Shown here in pieces: positions 12,001-24,019 of a stretch of DNA of 64,000 nt. Every line of letters begins with the position of its first letter. Within the stretch, counting starts at the first letter, position 1. The notes under the pieces were generated by a model, which made no database searches, was not told the origin of the DNA, and was given only the letters and a program-made list of their open reading frames with translations. Origin of the DNA: Mobula hypostoma (lineage: Eukaryota); assembly GCF_963921235.1 (NCBI RefSeq), contig NC_086109.1, positions 33,916,001 to 33,980,000 on the forward strand, given 5' to 3'. Both the position numbers and the translations under genes were made by a program.

Positions 12001-15000
12001 GGTGAAGTGAGACGCTGGAAGGTGATAGGGGGAGGGAGACGGGTGTGGGAGGAGGTGAAGTGAGACGATGGAAGGTGATGGGGAGGGAGACGGGTGGGGG
12101 AGGAGGTGAAGTGAGACGCTGGAAGGTGATAGGGGGAGGGAGACGGGTGGGGGAGGAGGTGAAGTGAGACGCTGGAAGGTGATAGGGGAAGGGAGACGGG
12201 TGTGGGAGGAGGTGCAGTGAGACGCTGGAAGATGATGGGGGAGGGAGACGGGTAGGGGAGGAGGTGAAGTGAGACGCTGGAAGGTGATGGGGGAGGGAGA
12301 CGGGTGGGGGAGGAGGTGAAGTGAGACGCTGGAAGGTGATAGGGGGAGGGAGACGGGTGGGGGAGGAGGTGAAGTGAGACGCTGGAAGGTGATAGGGGGA
12401 GGGAGACGGGTGGGGGAGGACGTGAAGTGAGACGCGGGAAGGTGATAGGGGAAGGGAGACGGGTGGGGGAGGAGGTGAAGTGAGACGCTGGAAGGTGATA
12501 GGGGGAGGGAGACGGGTGGGGGAGGAGGTGAAGTGAGATGCTGCAAGGTGATAGGGGAAGGGAGACGGGTGGGGGAGGAGGTGAACTGAGACGCTGGTAG
12601 GTGATAGGGGGAGGGAGACGGGTGGGGGAGGAGGTGAAGTGAGACGCTGGAAGGTGATGGGGAGGGAGACGGTTGGGGGAGGAGGTGAAGTCAGACGCTG
12701 GAAGGTGATAGGGGGAGGGACACGGATGGGGAGGAGGTGAAGTGAGACGCTGGAATGTCATAGGGGAGGGAGACCGTGGGAGAGGAGGTGAACTGAGACG
12801 CTGGAAGGTGATAGGGGGAGGGAGACGGGTGGGGGAGGAGGTGAAGTGAGACGCTGGAAGGTGATAGAGTGAGGGAGACGGGTGGGGGAGCAGGTGAAGT
12901 GAGATGCTGCAAGGTGATAGGGGGAGGGAGACGGGTAGGGGAGGAGGTGAACTGTGACGCTGGTAGGTGATAGGGGGAGGGAGACGGGTGGGGGAGGAGG
13001 TGAAGTGAGACGCTGGAAGGTGATAGAGCGAGGGAGACGGGTGGGGGAAGAGGTGAAGTGAGACACTGGAAGGTAATGGGGAGGGAGACAGGTTGGAGAG
13101 GAGGCGAACTGAGACGCTGGAAGGTGATAGGGGAAGGGAGACGGGTGGGGGAGGAGGTGAAGTGAGACGCTGGAAGGTGATAGGGGGAGGGAGACGGGTG
13201 GGGGAGGAGGTGAAGTGAGACGCTGGAAGGTGATAGGGTGAGGGAGACGGGTGGGGGAGGAGGTGAAGTGAGACGCTGGAATGTGGTAGGGGGAGGGAGA
13301 CGGGTGGGGGAGGAGGTGAAGTGAGACGCTGGAAGGTGATAGGGGAGGGAGACGGGTGGGGGAGGAGGTGAAGTGAGACGCTGGAAGGTGATAGGGGGAG
13401 GGAGACGGGTGGGGGAGGAGGTGAAGTGAGACGCTGGAAGGTGATAGTGGGAGGGAGACGGGTGGGCGGGGAGGTGAAGTGAGATGCTGGAAGTTGATAG
13501 CGGGAGGGAGACGGGTGGGGGAGGAAGTGAAGTGAGGCGTTGGAAGGTGATGGGGGGGTAGACGGGTGGGTGTGGAGTGGAAGTGAGACGCTGGAAGGTG
13601 ATAGGGGGAGGTAGATGGGTGGGGGAGGAGGTGAATTGAGATGCTGGAAGGTGATGGTGGGGGGAGACGGGTGGGGAAGAAGGTGAAGTCAGACGCTGGA
13701 ATGTGATAGGGAAAGGGAGACAGGTCAAGGAAGGGGTGAAGTGAGACGCTGGAAGTTGATGTGGGAGGGAGGCGGGTGGGGGAGGCGTTGAAGTGAGACG
13801 CTGGAAGTTGATGAGGGAGGGAGACGCTGGAAGCTGATGGGGGAGGGAGACAGGTGTGGATGGAGGTGAAGTCAGACGCTGGAAGGTGATAGGGGGAGGG
13901 GGACGGGTGGGGTAGGAGGTGAGGTGAGACGCTAGAAGGTGATAGGGGGAGGGAGACGGGTGGGGGAGGAGGTGAAGTGAGACGCTGGAAGGTGATAGGG
14001 GGAGGGAGACGGGTGGGGGAGGAGGTGAAGTGAGACGCTGGAAGGTGATCGGGGAAGGGAGACGGGTGGGGGAGGAGGTGAACTGAGACGCTGGTAGGTG
14101 ATAGGGGGAGGGAGACGGGTGGGGAGGAGGTGAAGTGAGACGCTGGAATGTGATGGGGAGGGAGACGGTTGGGGGAGGAGGTGAAGTGAGACGCTGGAAG
14201 GTGATAGGGGGAGGGGGACGGGTGGGGTAGGAGGTGAGGTGAGACGCTAGAAGGTGATAGGGGGAGGGAGACGGGTGGGGGAGGAGGTGAAGTGAGACGC
14301 TGGAACGTGATAGGGGGAGGGAGACGGATGGGGAGGAGGTGAAGTGAGACGCTGGAATGTCATAGGGGAGGGAGACCGTGGGAGAGGAGGTGAACTGAGA
14401 CGCTGGAAGGTGATAGGGGGAGGGAGACGGGTGGGGGAGGAGGTGAAGTGAGACGCTGGAAGGTGATAGAGTGAGGTAGACTGGTGGGGGAGGAGGTGAA
14501 GTGAGATGCTGCAAGGTGATAGGGGAAGGGAGACGGGTGGGGGAGGAGGTGAACTGAGACGCTGGAAGGTGATAGGGGGAGGGAGACGGGTGGGGGAGGA
14601 GGTGAAGTGAGACGCTGGAAGGTGATAGAGCGAGGGAGACGGGTGGGGGAAGAGGTGAAGTGAGACACTGGAAGGTAATGGGGAGGGAGACAGGTTGGAG
14701 AGGAGGCGAACTGAGACGCTGGAAGGTGATAGGGGAAGGGAGATGGGTTGGGGAGGAGGTGAAGTGAGACGCTGGATGGTGATAGGGGGAGGGAGACGGG
14801 TCGGGGAGGATGTGAAGTGAGACGCTGGAAGGTGATAGGGGGAGGGAGACGGGTGGGGGAGGAGGTGAAGTGAGACGCTGGAAGGTGATAGGGGGAGGGA
14901 GACGGGTGGGGGAGGAGGTGAAGTGAGACGCTGGAAGGTGATAGGGGAGGGAGACGGGTGGGGGAGGAGGTGAAGTGAGACGCTGGTAGGTGATAGGGGG

Positions 15001-18000
15001 AGGGAGACGGGTGGGGAGGAGGTGAAGTGAGACGCTGGAAGGTGATAGAGCGAGGGAGACGGGTGGGGGAAGAGGTGAAGTGAGACGCTGGAAGGTGATA
15101 GCAGAAGGGAGACGGGTGGTGGAGGAGGTGAAGTGAGACGCTGGTAGGAGATAGGGGGAGGGAGACGGGTGGGGGAGGAGGTGAAGTGAGACGCTGGAAG
15201 GTGATAGTGGGAGGGAGACGGGTGGGGGAGGAGGTGAAGTGAGATGCTGGAAGGTGATAGGGGGAGGGAGACGGGTGGGGGAGGAGGTGAAGTGAGACGC
15301 TGGAAGGTGATGGGGGGGTAGACGGGTGGGTGTGGAGTGTGAAGTGAGACGCTGGAAGGTGATAGGGGGAGGTAGACGGGTGGGGGAGGAGGTGAATTGA
15401 GATGCTGGAAGGTGATGGGGGAGGGAGACGGGTGGGGAAGAAGGTGAAGTCAGACGCTGGAATGTGATAGGGAAAGGGAGACAGGTCAAGGAAGGGGTGA
15501 AGTGAGACGCTGGAAGTTGATGTGGGAGGGAGGCGGGTGGGGGAGGCGTTGAAGTGAGACGCTGGAAGTTGATGAGGGAGGGAGGCGGGTGGGGGAGGCG
15601 TTGAAGTGAGACGCTGGAAGGTGATGGGGGAGGGAGACAGGTGTGGATGGAGGTGAAGTGAGACGCTGGTAGGTGATAGGCGGAGGGAGACGGGTGTGGA
15701 AGAGGTGAAGTGAGACGCTGGAAGGTGATAGGGGGAGGGAGACGGGTGTGGAAGAGGTGAAGTGAGACGCTGGAAGGTGATAGGGGGAGGGAGACGGGTG
15801 TGGAAGAGGTGAAGTGAGACGCTGGAAGGTGATAGGGGAAGGGAGACGGGTGTTGGAGGAGGTGAAGTGAGACGCTGGAAGGTGATGCGGGAGGTAGACG
15901 GGTGGGGGTGGAGGGGAAGTGAGACGCTGGAAGGTGATTGGGAGAGGGAGACGGGTGGGGGAGGAGGTGAAGTGAGACGCTGGAAGGTGATAGGGGAGGG
16001 AGATGGGTGGGGAAGAAGGTGAAGTCAGACGCTGGAAGGTGATCGGGGAAGGGAGACAGGTCAAGGAAGGGGTGAAGTGAGACGCTGGTAGGTGATAGGG
16101 GGAGGGAGACGGGTGGGGGAGGAGGTGAAGTGAGACGCTGGAAGGTGATAGGGGGAGGGAGACAGGGTGGGGAAGAGGTGAAGTGAGACGCTGGAAGGTG
16201 ATAGGGGGAGGGAGACGGGTGGGGAAGAGGTGAAGTGAGACGCTGGAAGGTGATAGGGGGAGGGAGACGGGTGGGGGAGGAGGTGAAGTGAGACGCTGGA
16301 AGGTGATAGGAAAGGGAGACGGCTGGGGGAGGAGGTGAAGTGAGACGCTGGTAGGTGATAGGGGGAGGGAGACGGGTGGGGGAGGAGGTGAAGTGAGACG
16401 CTGGAAGGTGATAGAGGGAGGGAGACGGGTGGGGGAGGAGGTGAAGTGAGACGCTGGAAGGTGATAGGGGAGGGAGACGGGTGGGGGAGGAGGTGAAGTG
16501 AGACGCTGGAAGGTGATAGGGGGAGGGAGACGGGTGGGGAGGAGGTGAAGTGAGACGCTGGAAGGTGATAGGGGGAGGGAGACGGGTGGGGGAGGAGGTG
16601 AAGTGAGACGCTGGAAGGTGATAGGGGGAGGGAGACGGATGGGGAGGAGGTGAAGTGAGACGCTGGAATGTCATAGGGGAGGGAGACCGTGGGAGAGGAG
16701 GTGAACTGAGACGCTGGAAGGTGATAGGGGAGGGAGACGGGTGGGGGAGGAGGTGAAGTGAGACGCGGGAAGGTGATAGGGGAAGGGAGACGGGTGGGGG
16801 AGGAGGTGAAGTGAGACGCTGGAAGGTGATAGGGGGAGGGAGACGGGTGGGGGAGGAGGTGGAGTGAGACGTTGGAAGGTGTTTGGGAGGGAGACAGGTC
16901 GGGGAGAAGGTGAAGTGAGATGCTGGAAGGTGATAGGGGAAGGGAGACAGGTGGGAGAGGAGGTGAAGTGAGGCGGGGAGGGAGAGGTGGAGAGGAGGTG
17001 AACTGAGAGGCTGGAAGGTGATAGGGGAGGGAGACGGGTTGGGGAAGAGGTGAAGTGAGACGCTGGAAGGTGATGGGGGTGGGAGACGGGTGGGGAGGAA
17101 GTGAAGTGACGCTGGAAAGTGATAGGGGGAGGGAGACGGGTGGGGTAGGAGGTGAACTGAGACGCTGGAAGGTGATAGGGGGAGGGAGACGGGTGTGGAG
17201 AGGTGAAGTGAGACTCTGGAAGGTGATGGGGGAGGGAGACGGGTGTGGAAGAGGTGAAGTGAGACGCTGGAAGGTGATAGGGGGAGGGAGACGGGTGTGG
17301 AGGAGGTGAAGTGAGACGCTGGAAGGTGATAGGGGGAGGGAGACGGGTGTGGAAGAGGTGAAGTGAGACGCTGGAAGGTGATAGGGGGAGGGAGACGGGT
17401 GGGGAGGAGGTGAAGTGAGACGCTGGAAGGTGATCGGGGAAGGGAGACGGGTGGGGGAGGAGGTGAAGTGAGACGCTGGAAGGTGATTGGGGTAGGGAGA
17501 CGGGTGGGGGAGGACGTGAAGTGAGATGCGGGAAGGTGATAGGGGAAGGGAGACGGGTGGGGGAGGAGGTGAAGTGAGACGCTGGAAGGTGATAGGGGGA
17601 GGGAGACGGGTGGGGAGGAGGTGAAGTGAGACGCTGGAATGTGATGGGGAGGGAGACGGTTGGGGGAGGAGGTGAAGTCAGACGCTGGAAGGTGATAGGG
17701 GGAGGGACACGGATGGGGAGGAGGTGAAGTGAGACGCTGGAATGTCATAGGGGAGGGAGACCGTGGGAGAGGAGGTGAAGTGAGACGCTGGAAGGTGATA
17801 GGGGGAGGGAGACGGGTGGGGGAGGAGGTGAAGTGAGACGCTGGAAGGTGATAGGGGGAGGGAGACGGGTGGGGGAGGAGGTGAAGTGAGATGCTGGAAG
17901 TTGATAGGGGGAGGGAGACGGGTGTGGGAGGAGGTGAAGTGAGACGCTGGAAGGTGATAGGGGGAGGGAGACGGGTGGGGGAGGAGGTGAAGTGAGACGC

Positions 18001-21000
18001 TGGAAGGTGATAGGGGGAGGGAGATGGGTGTGGAAGAGGTGAAGTGAGACGCTGGAAGGTGATTGGGGTAGGGAGACAGGTGGGGGAGGACGTGAAGTGA
18101 GACGCTGGAAGGTGATAGGGGAAGGGAGACGGGTGGGGGAGGAGGTGAAGCGAGACGCTGGAAGGTGATAGGGGGAGGGAGACGGGTGGGGGAGGAGGTG
18201 AAGTGAGACGCTGGAAGGTGATAGGGTGAGGGAGACGGGTGGGGGAGGAGGTGAAGTGAGACGCTGGAATGTGGTAGGGGGAGGGAGACGGGTGGGGGAG
18301 GAGGTGAAGTGAGACGCTGGAAGGTGATAAGGGGAGGGAGACGGGTGGGGGAGGAGGTGAAGTGAGACGCTGGAAGGTGATAGGGGGAGGGAGACGGGTG
18401 GGGGACGAGGTGAAGTGAGACGCTGGAAGGTGATAGTAGGAGGGAGACGGGTGGGGGAGGAGGTGAAGTGAGATGCTGGAAGTTGATAGTGGGAGGGAGA
18501 CGGGTGGGGGAGGAAGTGAAGTGAGAGCACTGGAAGGTGATGGGGGAGATAGACGGGTGTGGAGTGGAAGTGAGACGCTGGAAGGTGATAAGGGGAGGTA
18601 GATGGGTGGGGGAGGAGTTGAATTGAGACGCTGGAAGGTGATGGGGGAGGGAGACGGGTGGGGAAGAAGGTGAAGTCAGACGCTGGAATGTGATAGGGAA
18701 AGGGAGACAGGTCAAGGAAGGGGTGAAGTGAGACGCTGGAAGTTGATGTGGGAGGGAGGCGGGTGGGGGAGGCGTTGAAGTGAGACGCTGGAAGTTGATG
18801 AGGGAGGGAGGCGGGTGGGGGAGGCGTTGAAGTGAGACGCTGGAAGGTGATGGGGGAGGGAGACAGGTGTGGATGGAGGTGAAGTGAGACGCTGGTAGGT
18901 GATGGGGGAGGGAGACGGGTGTAGGAGGAGGTGAAGTGAGACGCTGGAAGGTGATAGGAGTGGGAGACGGGTCGGGGACGAGGTGAAGTGAGACGCTGGA
19001 AGGTGATAGGGTGAGGGAGTCGGGTCGGGGAGGACGTGAAGTGAGACGCGGGAAGGTGATAGGTGAAGGGAGACGAGTGGTGGGGGACGTGAAGTGAGGC
19101 GCTGGAAGGTGATAGCGGGAGGTAGACGGGTGGGGGAGGAGGTGAAGTGAGACGCTGGAAGGTGATGGGGAAGGGAGACGGGTGGGGGAGGAGGTGAAGT
19201 GAGATGCTGGAAGGTGATAGGGGGAGGGAGACGGGTGGGGAAGAGGTGAAGTGAGACGCTGGAAGGTGATAAGGGGAGGGAGACGGGTGTGGAAGAGGTG
19301 AAGTGAGACGCTGGAAGGTGATAGGGGAAGGGAGACGGGTGTGGGAGGAGGTGAAGTGAGACGCTGGAAGGTGATAGGGGGAGGGAGACGGGTGGGGAAG
19401 AGGTGAAGTGAGACGCTGGAAGGTGATGGGGAGGGAGACGGGTGGGGGAGGAGGTGAAGTGAGACGCTGGAAGGTGATAGGGGGAGGGAGACGGGTGTGG
19501 AAGAGGTGAAGTGAGACGCTGGAAGGTGATAGGGGAAGGGAGACGGGTGTGGGAGGAGGTGAAGTGAGACGCTGGAAGGTGATAGGGGGAGGGAGAGGGG
19601 TGTGGAAGAGGTGAAGTGAGACGCTGGAAGGTGATAGAAGGAGGGAGACGGGTGGGAGAAGAGGTAAAGTGAGATGCTGGAAGGTGATAGAAGGAGGGAG
19701 ACGGGTGTGGAAGAGGTGAACTGAGACCTGGAAGGTGATAAGGGGAGGGAGACGGGTGTGGAAGAGGTGAAGTGAGACGCTGGAAGGTGATAGGGGGAGG
19801 GAGACGGGTGTGGAAGAGGTGAAGTGAGACGCTGGAAGGTGATAGGGGGAGGGAGACGGGTGTGGAAGAGGTGAAGTGAGATGCTGGAAGGTGATAGGGG
19901 GAGGGACACGGGTGTGGAAGAGGTGAAGTGAGACGCTGGAAGGTGATGGGGAGGGAGACAGGTGTGGAAGAGGTGAAGTGAGACGCTGGAAGGTGATAGG
20001 GGAAGGGAGACGGGTGTGGGAGGAGGTGAAGTGAGACGCTGGAAGGTGATGGGGGTGGGAGACGGGTGGGGGAGGAGGTGAAGTGAGACGCTGGAAGGTG
20101 ATGGGGGAGGGAGACGGGTGGGGGAGGAGGTGAAGTGAGACGCTGGAAGGTGATAGGGGGAGGGAGACGGGTGTGGAAGAGGTGAAGTGAGACGCTGGAA
20201 GGTGATAGGGGGAGGGAGACGGGTGTGGAAGAGGTGAAGTGAGACGCTGGAAGGTGATAGGGGGAGGGAGACGGGTGGGGGAGGAGGTGAAGTGAGATGC
20301 TGGAAGGTGATAGGGGGAGGGAGACGGGTGGGGGAGGAGGTGAAGTGAGACGCTGGAAGGTGATAGGGGGAGGGAGACGGGTGGGGGAGGAGGTGAAGTG
20401 AGACGCTGGAAGGTGATGGGGGAGGGAGACGGGTGGGGGAGGAGGTGAAGTGAGACGCTGGAAGGTGATAGGGGGAGGGAGACGGGTGGGGGAGGAGGTG
20501 AAGTGAGACGCTGGAAGGTGATAGGGGGAGGGAGACGGGTGGGGGAGGAGGTGAAGTGAGACGCTGGAAGGTGATAGGGGGAGGGAGACGGGTGGGGGAG
20601 GAGGTGAAGTGAGACGCTGGAAGGTGATTGGGGTAGGGAGACGGGTGGGGAAGGAGGTGAAGTGAGACGCTGGAAGGTGATAGGGGGAGGGAGACTTGTG
20701 GGGGAGGAGGTGATGTGAGACGATGGAAGGAGATAGGGGGAGGGAGACGGGTGGGGGAGGAGGTGAAGTGAGACGCTGGAAGGTGATAGGGGGAGGGAGA
20801 CGGGTGGGGGAGGAGGTGGAGTGAGACGGTGGAAGGTGATATGGGAAGGGTGACAGGTCAGGGAGGAGGTGAAGTGAGACGCTGGACGGTATTTGGGAGG
20901 GAGACAGGTCGGGGAGACGGTAAAGTGAGATGCTGGAAGGTGATAGGGGAAGGGAGACAGGTGGGAGAGGAGGTGAAGTGAGACACTGGAAGGTAATGGG

Positions 21001-22195
21001 GAGGGAGACAGGTTGGAGAGGAGGCGAACTTAGACGCTGGAAGGTGATAGGGGAAGGGAGATGGGTTGGGCAGGAGGTGAACTGAGACGCTGGATGGTGA
21101 TAGGGGGAGGGAGACGGGTCGGGGAGGATGTGAAGTGAGACGCTGGAAGGTGATAGGGTGAGGGAGACGGGTGGGGGAGGAGGTGAAGTGAGACGCTGGA
21201 AGGTGATAGGGGAGGGAGACGGGTGGGGGAGGAGGTGAAGTGAGACGCTGGAAGGTGATAGGGGGAGGGAGACGGGTGGGGAAGGAGGTGCAGTGAGACA
21301 CTGGAAGGTGATGGGGGAGGTAGACGGGTGGGGGAGGAGGTGAAGTGAGACGCTGGAAGGTGATAGGGGTGGGAGACGGGTCGGGGACGAGGTGAAGTGA
21401 GACGCTGGAAGGTGATAGGGGGAGGGAGATGGGCGGGGAAGAGGTGAAGTGAGACTCTGGAAGGTGATGGGGGACGGAGACGGGTGTGGAAGAGGTGAAG
21501 TGAGACTCTGGAAGGTGATGGGTAAGGGAGACGGGTCGGGGAGGAGGTGAAGTGAGACGCTGGAAGGTGATAGGGGGAGGGAGACGGGTGTGGAAGAGGT
21601 GAAGTGAGACACTGGAAGGTGATAAGGGGAGGGAGACGGGTGTGGAAGAGGTGAAGTGAGACGCTGGAAGGTGATAGGGGAAGGGAGACGGGTGTGGGAG
21701 GAGGTGAAGTGAGATGCTGGAAGGTGATGGGGGAGGGAGACGGGTCGAGGAGGAGGTGAAGTGAGACGTTGGAAGGTGATAGGGGAAGGGAGACGGGTGT
21801 GGAAGAGGTGAAGTGAGACGCTGGAAGGTGATAGGGGGAGGGAGACGGGTGTGGAAGAGGTGAAGTGAGACTCTGGTAGGTGATAGGGGGAGGGAGACGG
21901 GTGGGGGAGGAGTTGAAGTGAGACGCTGGAAGGTGATATGGGGAGGGAGACGGGTGTGGAAGAGGTGAAGTGAGACTCTGGAAGGTGATGGGTAAGGGAG
22001 ACGGGTCGGGGAGGAGGTGAAGTGAGATGCTGGAAGGTGATGGGGGAAGGGAGACGGGTGGGGGAGGAGGTGAAGTGAGATGCTGGAAGGTGTTAGGGGG
22101 AGGGAGACAGGTGGGAGAGGAGGTGAAGTGAGACGCTGGAAGGTGATAGGGGGAGGGAGACGGGTCGGGGAGGAGGTCAAGTGAGATGCTGGAAG
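1..22195. repeat. G-rich tandem satellite array, 53-bp monomer GGAAGGTGATAGGGGGAGGGAGACGGGTGGGGGAGGAGGTGAAGTGAGACGCT, roughly 420 copies, running off the left window edge
   Basis: Period read directly (GAGACGGGTG at 231 and 284); 51-53 bp variants throughout; higher-order period ~3,675 bp from diagnostic variants. Confidence 0.98.
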
Positions 22196-22345
22196 GGTTT
22201 AGGAGGAAAAAATAAAGAGTTGAAGAAGAAGGAATCTGATAAGAGAAGAGGAGAGTGAACCATGAGAGAGAGGGATCGATGGGAAGGGGCAGCTGAGGGA
22301 CGTAATTGGCAGGTGCAGATGAATAGGTAGGTAGAAGGTAATGGT
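22196..22345 (-). mobile_element. Remnant of a Penelope-like element terminal region, contiguous with the satellite
   Basis: GAAGAAGAAGGAATCTGATAAGAGAAGAGGAGAGTGAACCATGAGAG resembles GAGAGGAAAGAATCTGGTAAGAGAAAAGAGTGGACAATAGGAG in the Penelope copy at ~38,660-38,705. Confidence 0.7.
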
Positions 22346-22640
22346 AGTTGTTCAGCTTTAAAAATTGTATTTTGGACATCGTAAGTTAATGGCAGCTTGT
22401 CTTTTTGTGTATCGAAAGCAAGTCTGTCTCTGTGGAAGAAAGCTGTACTTTCCTGTTGTTAGGTTGAGTTACACTGGGTTTCTCACCTGATATCTATGGT
22501 TGCCCGTACCTTTCTTGTCCATGCAACTCTCAACGTATGGCCAGCATCACTGGCCCAAATCCAGGCCCTTGTCAGCGGTTAAAATACCCCTGATAAATTT
22601 TGTAGTGATATGATGTTGTAAGGCGTTGATCATCAGAGTG

Positions 22641-22850
22641 AGGCATTGTGGTGCAGCAGTCAGAGCTGCTGATCCATAGCTGCAGGAAACCAGATTTGAT
22701 CCTGATCTTGGGTGCTGTCTATGTGGAGGTCACACATTCTCTCAGTGACCGAGTGTGCTTCCTCCAGGTGCTCCAGTTCCTCCCATGTCTCAAAGATGTG
22801 CCCATAGGTTAAAACGCCATTGTAACTAACCCCTTAATGTAGGGTATAGA
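22641..22850 (+). mobile_element. tRNA-derived V-SINE (HE1-like), decayed
   Basis: A/B-box-like head (GTGGTGCAGCAGTCAGAGCTGCTG...GATTTGATCCTG) followed by V-domain-like CTGTCTATGTGGAG...TTCCTCCAGGTGCTCCAGTTCCTCCCA...CAAAGATGTG. Confidence 0.8.
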
Positions 22851-23059
22851 GGCTTAGAGCACTACAGCACATAAATAGATCCTCCAGCCCATCTAGTCCA
22901 TACCAAAATGTTATTCTGCCTATTCCCATTGGCCCACATCTGCACCACACACTGTGTATAATGTAATCACCCTTTGTCTGGCCAGGTTAGTAGCAAAGGA
23001 AATCACTGGAGAGTTATTAGGTGGGGGAGTGTGTATACCTTGCAGTTTAACACAAAGAA

Positions 23060-23353
23060 CTGGACAGGCAGTGCCTTTTTCCCCAGGGCAAAAATGCCCA
23101 ATACAAAAGTGGGGGAAATTTTAAGGGAAATGTCAGAGGTAGTTCTTTTACGCAGAGAGTGGCAGGTGCCAGAGTTGCTGGTAGAGGTTTCTACAATAGG
23201 CACACTTATGAGACACTTAAATAGGCACAGGGATGTAAGAAAAATGGTCCGTATGGGAGGAAAGTTTATATGGGTCAGCATATCGGTTTATATGGGTCAG
23301 CAAAGCATTGTGGGCCAAGCACCCGTACTCTGCTGTGTGTTCTATACTCTATG
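23060..23353 (+). mobile_element. CR1 LINE 3' end fragment
   Basis: CR1-like 3' segment (TTTTACGCAGAGAGTGGCAGGTG...) ending GTGGGCCAAGCACCCGTACTCTGCTGTGTGTTCTATACTCTATG. Confidence 0.7.
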
Positions 23354-23559
23354 AAATCTGGAGACGAGAATGCCATCCTGGAAACTGGCACGAATTAAAT
23401 AGGCTGAGATGACCAATTTAGAACAACAATACATATTAAATGGTTCATGATGCAGCTCACCATTATCTTCTCAAGGACAAGAAGAATGGTCAATAAATAT
23501 TGTCACAGCAGTGTTGCCAATAGGCCATTACTGAATAAAACAATAGTTTGGACTGACAG

Positions 23560-24008
23560 TGGAACTCCTGAAAGATCAGAGTGTCAGGGAACATCATGGT
23601 CTCCCTGAAGACTGCACCTGTAGGACGTGCACCCAGACACAGTTCCTGACAGACTAGGCACCCAGACTAGGTCAAGGAATTGAAGCCGGATCTGGAGGCA
23701 GTCAGGATCCTCTGGGAAACTGAGGGCTTTATAGATGAGACTTTTTCTGAGGTGGTCACATCCAAGGTTCAGCCTTCAGATAGATGGGTGACCACTAGGA
23801 GGAGTGAGGGGAACAGGCAGTCGGTGCAGAGCTCCCCCCCGGCTATTCCTCTCACTAACAGGTATGCCTCTTTAGATACTGATGAAAAGGGTGTAAGGAA
23901 CTAGTAGCAGTCAGGCCTCTGGCACTGTGACCGGTCCTGAGGCTCAGGCGGAAAAGGTGTAGTCAGATTGCACGACAGTGATAGGGGACTCTATAGTCAG
24001 GTGGACGT
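23560..24008 (+). mobile_element. CR1 LINE ORF1 fragment (coiled-coil region to start of SGNH-esterase domain), pseudogenised
   Basis: Translations ...RILWETEGFIDETFSEVVT...DRWVTTRR...IPLTNRYASLDT and VIGDSIVR (GDS block I typical of CR1 ORF1 esterase). Confidence 0.8.
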
Positions 24009-24019
24009 TGTGGGTCAAA

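Noticed and set aside
1..22195. CRISPR array
   Set aside because: Head-to-tail monomers with no unique spacers, no cas genes, and a vertebrate repeat context.
1..22195. Immunoglobulin switch-like region or telomeric repeat
   Set aside because: G-rich, but AGCT motifs are nearly absent, no Ig exons are seen in the window, and there is no TTAGGG tract.
575..22379. Very long minus-strand ORFs (up to 1,685 aa) resembling extensin or mucin-like proteins
   Set aside because: The C-rich strand of the monomer lacks stop codons in all frames. The 53-bp unit is not a multiple of 3 and cycles through the frames, and 51/52-bp variants shift frame freely.
22641..22720. tRNA genes (also ~30,590-30,655)
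   Set aside because: These are tRNA-like heads of V-SINEs followed by SINE body; no complete cloverleaf.
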